Origin: Bacillota bacterium | GTDB taxonomy: Bacteria > Bacillota > JAAYKD01 | Direction of reading: 5' to 3' | NCBI GenBank assembly: GCA_036744005.1 | Contig: DAINOJ010000012.1 | Coordinates: 180 to 64,179, forward strand | DNA length: 64,000 nt | In this document: positions 57,487-64,000 of the stretch, in pieces | Position numbering within the stretch: the stretch's first letter is position 1 | Layout of the letters: each line of letters begins with the position of its first letter | The notes under the pieces: generated by a model | Told to the model about the DNA's origin: nothing | The model's input: the letters and a program-made list of their open reading frames with translations, nothing else | Databases searched by the model: none | Made by a program: the position numbers and the translations under genes

Positions 57487-57586
57487 ATGTTCGCAAGAAT
57501 CTATAGGGACCCATGTTTTCATAGGTCCCTTATTCGTGTGAAACAAGGAGCAAAGTTTAAGCCACGATGGGGAAACAGGTGATGAT

Positions 57587-57949
57587 TTGAAAAAGCGCTG
57601 GATTCGATTACAAAAGAACCGTGATTTTCAAAAGGTATACGAAAAAGGGCGTTTTTTTGTTCATCCTAGTTTAGTTTTATATCTCTTAAAACGTCCCGGT
57701 ATCAATAATGGACGAATTGGCTTTGCTGCCGGAAAAAAGATCGGCAATGCGGTGCAACGCAATCGAGTGAGGCGCCAATTAAAAGAAGTGGTTCGACTTT
57801 ATGGTAGACCGGATTATTTTAGCGACTGTGATATTATCGTCATGATTCGCAAACCGGCATTGGATGGTCGGTTTCATGATATTCGGGAAGCGTACACATA
57901 TTGTGAGAAGAAGGCCATTTCGTGGTTAAAAAGCAATAGTAAAGCATAG
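57587..57949 (+). CDS. rnpA: Ribonuclease P protein component
   Basis: TTG start; 120-aa basic protein with the RnpA pattern (RL.K..DF..V...G) and the conserved position after rpmH. Confidence 0.85.
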   Translation: MKKRWIRLQKNRDFQKVYEKGRFFVHPSLVLYLLKRPGINNGRIGFAAGKKIGNAVQRNRVRRQLKEVVRLYGRPDYFSDCDIIVMIRKPALDGRFHDIREAYTYCEKKAISWLKSNSKA

Positions 57950-57958
57950 GTGAATGTG

Positions 57959-58168
57959 ATGAAAGGCGTTTTATTGAGCGGAATTCGGATGTATCGGCAA
58001 TATATCTCTCCATGGAAAGCTCCAAGTTGCCGATTTCAACCGACCTGTTCTTTATATGCCTATGAAGCCATTCAAAAATACGGAGCTCTGAAGGGCTCGT
58101 GGTTAGGAATGAAGCGCATATTGAAATGCGGCCCTTGGCATCCGGGTGGATACGACCCGGTTCCATAA
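57959..58168 (+). CDS. yidD: Membrane protein insertion efficiency factor YidD
   Basis: YidD signature [19 protein letters not shown]. Start set at ATG 57959 (RBS AGGTGA). Confidence 0.8.
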   Translation: MKGVLLSGIRMYRQYISPWKAPSCRFQPTCSLYAYEAIQKYGALKGSWLGMKRILKCGPWHPGGYDPVP

Positions 58169-58244
58169 GGATTTGGAATCTTTCGAACGATTGACCTCGT
58201 TTGTAATAGATATATTTCCCTGCTTTTGCAGAGAGGAGCATGTT

Positions 58245-58910
58245 ATGAGCCAGATTATGAATGCAATCACTGAGATTGCTCAGGTGGCACTGGATTGGTG
58301 CTTTTCCATTACCGGGAACTATGGATTAGCCATTATCTTATTTACAGTTATTTTCACCGCTTTGTTAACCCCGACTCGAATTGCTTCGGTAAAACAAAGC
58401 AAAGCAACGCTTTTGTTGCAACCCCAGCTAAACGAGATTAACGAGAAGTTTAAAGGAAATCCAGAAAAAATTAACGCAGCCACCCAAGAACTGTGGAAAA
58501 AGTATGGCATCAATCCCTTGGCGGGTTGTTTACCAACGTTATTACAGTTACCCATTTTTATTGCTGTTCTATCTGTTTTTAGAAATATCTCTTTTCCAGA
58601 AGGACCTGCAAGTGCATTCTTGTGGATTAGCAACTTAGCAGAAATCGATCCATATCGAATTTTGCCAATCCTAGCAGGCGTGGCTTCTTATTTACAGTCT
58701 TGGGCTTCCGGATTAACGAAAGATCCCAAACAAAGAACAACCGTTATGATGATGCCGGCGATGATGACTTGGATTTGCTGGAGTCAACCGGCCAGTTTAG
58801 GAATTTATTGGGCAGTCAGTCAATTAGCTTATATGGCTCAAAGCTTAATTGTAGGACGATTTATCACAGTGTCACCTATTGCGGAGGAAAATGCCGATAC
58901 AAAAAAATAG
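58245..58910 (+). CDS. yidC: YidC/Oxa1-family membrane protein insertase (short Gram-positive form)
   Basis: Start at ATG 58245 (RBS GAGGAG 6 nt upstream). Five-TM YidC core with the conserved GCLP..LQ.PIF region; 221 aa. Confidence 0.85.
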   Translation: MSQIMNAITEIAQVALDWCFSITGNYGLAIILFTVIFTALLTPTRIASVKQSKATLLLQPQLNEINEKFKGNPEKINAATQELWKKYGINPLAGCLPTLLQLPIFIAVLSVFRNISFPEGPASAFLWISNLAEIDPYRILPILAGVASYLQSWASGLTKDPKQRTTVMMMPAMMTWICWSQPASLGIYWAVSQLAYMAQSLIVGRFITVSPIAEENADTKK

Positions 58911-58943
58911 GTTTCGCTTTCTTAGAAAGGATGATGTGACATC

Positions 58944-59897
58944 ATGCGTTCAATCGAAAAAAAAGCGAAGACGGTAGACGAGGCCATTTGGTCCGGTCTG
59001 CAAGAACTGCAACTCAACAGAGACCAGGTTCGGGTAGAGATTATTGAACCAGGCAGCAAAGGGTTTTTGGGCTTAGGTGCGAAAGCGGCACATGTTCGCT
59101 TAACTGAAGTGCAAAGTGAAGAGAAAGTTTCCTTTGCAGAGATGATTAAAGCAGATTTGAATATGAGTATGAAACCAGAAGAACGTGCACCGGAAAAGAA
59201 AGCCGCACCGGTAAAACCCATTCCCCCTAAACCAGAAGTAAAACCGGCGATTTCTGCTCTTCCTCAAGAGAAGATTTCTCCTAAAACAGAAAAAGAACCA
59301 CCGATTTACGAAAAAATCGAGAACAAATCTCTTCGCCGAAACAAAACCAATACACGACCGGAAACCAGCTCAAGACCACCCATGCGTCGAGATCATAAAC
59401 GAATATCCCGAACCGAAGATGAATCTTGGCCAATTCCAATCGAAGAAGCACCGAAGAAGGCATATGAATTTGCGGACCAGCTCATTCAAGCCATGAAACT
59501 GAAGTGTAAAGTGAATGTCAGAACCGACGAAGATGGCATTTTTGTCAATCTATCTGGGGATGCAGATGATTTGGGTATGTTGATAGGCAAGCGGGGATCT
59601 ACATTAGATGCTTTCCAGTATTTATTGACGGTCGTGGTGAATCGTGGAAAAGATGACCACGTTCGTGTAACCTTAAACGTTGGAGATTATCGTAAACGAC
59701 GGGAAGAAACCTTATTGAGATTAGCGCAACGGTTGGCAGGTGAAGTGGAACAAAGCGGTAAATCCGTCGCATTGGAACCTATGTCACCGAGGGAACGTCG
59801 CTTGATTCACATGGCTTTACAAGAGCATGCCGGAGTGTATACCGAATCTGCCGGCGAAGACGCATTCCGTCATGTAGTGATTTACAAAAGAGTATAA
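58944..59897 (+). CDS. jag: Jag/KhpB RNA-binding protein (Jag_N, KH and R3H domains)
   Basis: N-terminal Jag_N, a Lys/Pro-rich linker, a KH region (LIGKRGSTLDAFQYL) and a C-terminal R3H domain. Syntenic with yidC. Confidence 0.85.
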   Translation: MRSIEKKAKTVDEAIWSGLQELQLNRDQVRVEIIEPGSKGFLGLGAKAAHVRLTEVQSEEKVSFAEMIKADLNMSMKPEERAPEKKAAPVKPIPPKPEVKPAISALPQEKISPKTEKEPPIYEKIENKSLRRNKTNTRPETSSRPPMRRDHKRISRTEDESWPIPIEEAPKKAYEFADQLIQAMKLKCKVNVRTDEDGIFVNLSGDADDLGMLIGKRGSTLDAFQYLLTVVVNRGKDDHVRVTLNVGDYRKRREETLLRLAQRLAGEVEQSGKSVALEPMSPRERRLIHMALQEHAGVYTESAGEDAFRHVVIYKRV

Positions 59898-59928
59898 AAA
59901 CGCGCTCCTGCTTGAGGGGCTGCAACCA

Positions 59929-59960
59929 AAGCATAGCGTGTGTAAACTAGCTATGCTTTT
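59929..59960 (+). terminator. Possible terminator after jag
   Basis: 9-bp stem AAGCATAGC / GCTATGCTT with a 12-nt loop, followed by a short UUUU run. Confidence 0.4.
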
Positions 59961-60001
59961 CTCATCCTTAATGAGAACGTGATAAAGAAAGGTAGGATCC
60001 T

Positions 60002-61387
60002 ATGTGGACATCCATAGAAACCATTGCGGCAATTTCAACCCCGCCCGGAGAAGGTGGAATTGGAATTATTCGCATCAGTGGAGCTCAAGCATTACCGACC
60101 GCTATGAAAATACTTAGGATCCCTGGCTTAAAGAATCAGACCATGAAACCCAGAGTGGTTTATCACGGGTATGTTATGGATCCTGTTGCGTTTAAAAAAG
60201 TAGATGAAGTGATTTGTTTTTACTTTCAGGCTCCACACAGTTATACGGGTGAAGATATCGTTGAGATTCAGACGCATGGGGGTATTGTAGTTTTACAGAA
60301 CGTGCTAACAATGCTATTGGATCAAGGCGTCACCGCTGCAGAAGCAGGTGAGTTTACAAAACGAGCGTTCCTAAACGGAAGATTGGATTTAACTCAAGCC
60401 GAAGCAGTTATGGATTTGATTCAAGCGAACAGTAGTGCCGGAGCGGCACAAGCGATGAATCAGTTGGATGGGCTCTTGGGCCGTTTTATCCGAAAAGCAA
60501 TTACAAGAATCCTACATCTCATTGCTTCGATTGAGGTTAGTTTAGATTTCCCTGAAGATTATGATGCCCTCGATAGCGATGCCATGCTACAAGTATTGGA
60601 TGATTTGATGGCACAACTTCAAGAGTTAGCAGATACTGCACAGCAAGGAAGAATCATTCGGCAAGGGCTAAAAGTGGTCATCGCGGGTAGACCCAATGTT
60701 GGGAAATCATCTTTGCTTAACAGCCTTTTAGGAGAAGATCGGGCGATAGTGACCGCTCGAGCCGGAACAACTCGGGATGTCTTGGAAGAGAGATTACAAT
60801 TAGAAGGGATTGTCGTGCGCCTTATTGATACAGCCGGTCTGCACGAAAGTGAAGACGAGATTGAACAATTGGGCATGGCAAGAACGAGAGCAGCGATTGA
60901 ATCTGCAGATTTAGTGCTTTGGGTCATGGATGCTAACGAAGTCCTGCAACCAGAAGACTACGAATTAGCAGAAATGATTCGAAAGAGATCCATGATTCCG
61001 GTTATGAATAAAACGGACTTATCCGATGGTAGAGAACTGGCGGAGTCCTTACATCGATTGGGTATACCACACAGGCCGGTCTTCATTGCGGCAGCTCAAG
61101 GTCAAGGACTAGGGGACTTACGAGAAGCCATACGACAAGAGGTTTTCTCGGGAAAAGCGGTAGCCAATAATCAGCCGGTATTGACAAAGCTTTGGCATCA
61201 AGAGAAAGTAGCAAAGGCAATGGAGCAATTGCTTCTGTGTAAAACGGCGGTGGAAAGTCATTGGCCTGAAGACTGCTACGTCATCCATCTTAGGGATGCT
61301 TATTTGGCGCTAGCTTCCATTGTTGGTGAAACTGCCTCTGAAGATATTATTCAAACAATTTTTGAACAATTCTGCGTAGGGAAATAA
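60002..61387 (+). CDS. mnmE: tRNA modification GTPase MnmE
   Basis: 461 aa. G1 motif GRPNVGKSSLLN, G3 DTAG, and the C-terminal CIGK tetrapeptide. Confidence 0.9.
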   Translation: MWTSIETIAAISTPPGEGGIGIIRISGAQALPTAMKILRIPGLKNQTMKPRVVYHGYVMDPVAFKKVDEVICFYFQAPHSYTGEDIVEIQTHGGIVVLQNVLTMLLDQGVTAAEAGEFTKRAFLNGRLDLTQAEAVMDLIQANSSAGAAQAMNQLDGLLGRFIRKAITRILHLIASIEVSLDFPEDYDALDSDAMLQVLDDLMAQLQELADTAQQGRIIRQGLKVVIAGRPNVGKSSLLNSLLGEDRAIVTARAGTTRDVLEERLQLEGIVVRLIDTAGLHESEDEIEQLGMARTRAAIESADLVLWVMDANEVLQPEDYELAEMIRKRSMIPVMNKTDLSDGRELAESLHRLGIPHRPVFIAAAQGQGLGDLREAIRQEVFSGKAVANNQPVLTKLWHQEKVAKAMEQLLLCKTAVESHWPEDCYVIHLRDAYLALASIVGETASEDIIQTIFEQFCVGK

Positions 61388-61399
61388 GGGGTGTCCGGA

Positions 61400-63277
61400 A
61401 TGAATTATGACTATGATGTTATTGTGGTTGGTGCCGGGCATGCCGGATGCGAAGCTGCTTTGGCCGCTTCAAGAATGGGCGCACGCACTTTAATATTTAC
61501 GATTAGTTTGGATTTTATAGCACAATTACCCTGTAATCCGGCTATGGGTGGACCGGCTAAAAGCCATTTGATTCGGGAAATCGACGCTTTAGGTGGCGAA
61601 ATAGGACGCGCAACAGATGCTTGTTCCATACAAATGCGGAGATTAAACACCAGCAAAGGGCCCGCGGTGCAATCCTTAAGAGCCCAAGTGGATCGTGTCT
61701 TATACTTAAGATATATGAAACAGGTTCTAGAAGAACAGGACAATTTGACCTTAAAGCAAGGAATGGTAGAAGATTTATTGGTGGATCATGGTCAAGTCTA
61801 TGGAATTCGGACGGAATTGGGATTACAATTTACTGCTCCAAAAATAATTCTAGCGACAGGTACATTCCTTATGGGGAAAATCATCATCGGAGAGCATCAG
61901 GAGAGTTCTGGACCAGACGGGTTAAAACCCTCTCAGAAGCTAAGTCAGAGTTTGAAAGATCTACGGTTACCCCTTAGAAGGTTTAAGACGGGAACACCGG
62001 CTAGAGTGGCTGGAAAGTCCTTGGATTTTAGTAAAATGCTCGAACAAAAGGGAGAAGAATACCCTTTAAAATTTAGTTTTGAAAGCAAATATCCCAGTCT
62101 CCCCATGCGAAGTTGCTGGTTGACTTGGACCACCGAGGAAACACATTCCATTATTCGCGATAATATTCATCGTGCTCCCCTGTTCTCTGGCGCAATTGAG
62201 GGGACCGGTCCTAGATATTGTCCTAGTATAGAAGATAAAGTGATGCGTTTCCGTGATAAAGAGAGGCATCAGCTGTTTTTGGAACCGACAGGAATGGAAA
62301 CTGACGAAATGTATGTTCAGGGTATGTCGACTAGTTTACCCATAGACATCCAACTTTCTTTTTTGAGATCCATACCGGGGTTAGAGAACGTGGAGATGAT
62401 GCGTCCGGGATATGCCATTGAATACGATTGTATCGACCCATTGGAACTAAAAGCGACTTTAGAAGTTAAAAGCATACCAGGTTTATATTCAGTAGGACAG
62501 CTAAATGGGACTTCAGGATATGAGGAGGCAGCAGCACAAGGATTGGTAGCCGGAATCAACGCGGTGTTGTCATTGAGAAATCAAGAAGCCTTTGTTTTAT
62601 CTCGTTCACAAGCCTATATTGGAGTTCTTATTGACGATTTGATTACCAAAGGTACGAATGAACCTTACCGCTTGATGACCGCTCGGTCTGAATACAGACT
62701 TTTACTTCGGCAAGACAATGCGGATCGCAGATTAACAGAAGAGGGATATCGATTGGGCTTGATACACTTAGAGCGATATCAACAATTCAAAGATAAAATA
62801 CGCATCGTTGATGAGCAAATCGAGAGAATGGAGAAAACGTATCTTCCTCCCAGTGAACAACTAAATCAAGCTTTAGAAAAGGCGGGAACGACTCCGCTGG
62901 AACATGGAGTATCGTTGGCAGCGCTATTACGCAGACCGCAACTCGACATTCAGTTTGTTTTACCCTTTGATCGTGTTTTATCGACGCTGCCTTTGGATGT
63001 TTTGGAGCAAATTGAAGTAGAAGTTGTGTATTCCGGCTACATTCGACAACAAATGGAACAAGTGGAACGACAGAAGCGCATGGAAGGTGTAGCACTTTCG
63101 GAAAACATTGCGTATGAAGACATACATGGAATCTCTAAGGAAGCACGAGAAAAATTGCTTCGAGTGAAGCCGCGCAACATTGGTCAGGCTTCCAGAATCT
63201 CGGGAGTCAGCCCAGCCGATATATCGGTATTGATGATTTGGTTGGAACAGCAGCGGCGAAAAGGAGAAATCATATGA
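61400..63277 (+). CDS. mnmG: tRNA uridine 5-carboxymethylaminomethyl modification enzyme MnmG
   Basis: FAD-binding [16 protein letters not shown]. Start set at ATG 61400; the track begins at an upstream GTG. Confidence 0.9.
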   Translation: MNYDYDVIVVGAGHAGCEAALAASRMGARTLIFTISLDFIAQLPCNPAMGGPAKSHLIREIDALGGEIGRATDACSIQMRRLNTSKGPAVQSLRAQVDRVLYLRYMKQVLEEQDNLTLKQGMVEDLLVDHGQVYGIRTELGLQFTAPKIILATGTFLMGKIIIGEHQESSGPDGLKPSQKLSQSLKDLRLPLRRFKTGTPARVAGKSLDFSKMLEQKGEEYPLKFSFESKYPSLPMRSCWLTWTTEETHSIIRDNIHRAPLFSGAIEGTGPRYCPSIEDKVMRFRDKERHQLFLEPTGMETDEMYVQGMSTSLPIDIQLSFLRSIPGLENVEMMRPGYAIEYDCIDPLELKATLEVKSIPGLYSVGQLNGTSGYEEAAAQGLVAGINAVLSLRNQEAFVLSRSQAYIGVLIDDLITKGTNEPYRLMTARSEYRLLLRQDNADRRLTEEGYRLGLIHLERYQQFKDKIRIVDEQIERMEKTYLPPSEQLNQALEKAGTTPLEHGVSLAALLRRPQLDIQFVLPFDRVLSTLPLDVLEQIEVEVVYSGYIRQQMEQVERQKRMEGVALSENIAYEDIHGISKEAREKLLRVKPRNIGQASRISGVSPADISVLMIWLEQQRRKGEII

Positions 63278-63993
63278 AAGAGGATATTGTCGCTAAGTTT
63301 AAGCTGGGAGCAGCAGTGTGGGGTATTGATTTACAGGAAAAACAACTACAACGTTTTTCCATATACTTAGATTTTCTCTTGCAATATAACGAAAAGGTCA
63401 ATTTAACTGCTTTGACAGAAGAAGAAGAAGTGATGGAGAAGCATTTTCTCGACTCGTTGTCTGTCATGCAAGTTGCACCGCTGCGACCTGGGATGTCGTT
63501 GATTGATATTGGAACCGGTGCGGGATTTCCGGGAGTACCGCTGTTAATCATGGAACCCAATATTCAATTGACACTTTTAGACTCCTTAAAGAAACGATTG
63601 AATTTTTTAGAAGAGTTGCTAAGCAAATTGGACTTAACGGCTCATTTGGTACACCATAGAGCCGAAGATGGAGCACATAATGCCTTATATCGAGAAAGAT
63701 TTGACCTCGCGGTTGCCAGAGCAGTTGCTCCCTTGCCGGTATTGCTGGAATACTGTTTGCCGTATGTGCGCTCAGGGGGACGCTTTTTGGCGATGAAAGG
63801 ACCTTCGCTCACTGAAGAACTAGCCGTTTCACAAAACGCTCTACACCTGTTAGGTGGGAAAGCAGAGCGGGATTGTTGTTTTCAATTACCTTTCAGTGAA
63901 CAAGAACGAAGATTGCTACTTGTGAAAAAATTGAGGCAAACACCGGCCAAATATCCCCGAGCCGCCGGAGTGGTAAAGAACAAACCGCTTTGA
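63274..63993 (+). CDS. rsmG: 16S rRNA (guanine527-N7)-methyltransferase RsmG
   Basis: Start at ATG 63274 (RBS AAGGAG 7 nt upstream; ATGA overlap with mnmG). SAM-binding [11 protein letters not shown]. Confidence 0.9.
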   Translation: MKEDIVAKFKLGAAVWGIDLQEKQLQRFSIYLDFLLQYNEKVNLTALTEEEEVMEKHFLDSLSVMQVAPLRPGMSLIDIGTGAGFPGVPLLIMEPNIQLTLLDSLKKRLNFLEELLSKLDLTAHLVHHRAEDGAHNALYRERFDLAVARAVAPLPVLLEYCLPYVRSGGRFLAMKGPSLTEELAVSQNALHLLGGKAERDCCFQLPFSEQERRLLLVKKLRQTPAKYPRAAGVVKNKPL

Positions 63994-64000
63994 AAGGAAA

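Noticed and set aside
57271-57546. 91-aa minus-strand ORF
   Set aside because: It overlaps the rpmH gene and its promoter and terminator on the opposite strand. rpmH is unambiguous.

Overview
This 64-kb window comes from a Gram-positive, Firmicutes/Clostridia-type chromosome (SLH-domain surface proteins, DegV, walRK-yycHIJ, spore-type GH18) and spans the replication origin. The right third (47.9-64 kb) is the conserved origin neighbourhood: gyrA-gyrB-remB-recF-yaaA-dnaN-dnaA on the minus strand, then rpmH-rnpA-yidD-yidC-jag-mnmE-mnmG-rsmG on the plus strand. There is a DnaA-box-rich oriC between dnaA and rpmH and a second DnaA-box cluster upstream of gyrB. The left third (minus strand) holds a secreted GH18/SLH protein, an S9 peptidase, PepV, the walR-walK-yycH-yycI-murA-yycJ-rlmH essential two-component locus, an M23/LysM peptidase preceded by a consensus WalR box, and two tRNAs. 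The centre holds a surface-polysaccharide O-acetylation-type locus (SGNH hydrolase, lipoprotein, MBOAT, DHHW protein) and a peroxiredoxin whose peroxidatic Cys codon is an in-frame TGA followed by a SECIS-like hairpin, which I call a selenocysteine peroxiredoxin. It also holds an AAA-ATPase/DUF2156/GNAT trio, DegV, an Fe-S aldo/keto reductase, an SLH/BsuPI protein, an M20D amidohydrolase, a PfkB kinase, a cupin sugar isomerase and a pentapeptide-repeat protein. The most unusual feature is a roughly 15-kb tightly coupled plus-strand operon (31.9-46.7 kb). It starts with a fused Fe-S/molybdopterin xanthine-dehydrogenase-family hydroxylase and an FAD/4Fe-4S/CCG-domain oxidoreductase. Next come a YgiT-type zinc finger, a radical SAM enzyme, a SAM methyltransferase and a PaaK/F390-synthetase-like ligase. 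Then follow PpnP, a MocA-type cytidylyltransferase fused to a ModE-type HTH, a P-loop NTPase-HD fusion and XdhC. A FecCD-type ABC importer sits at the end. This may be an uncharacterised, possibly selenium-linked, molybdenum-hydroxylase system. No CRISPR arrays, transposases or phage genes were seen. All functional calls come from reading motifs by eye; no database search was run.
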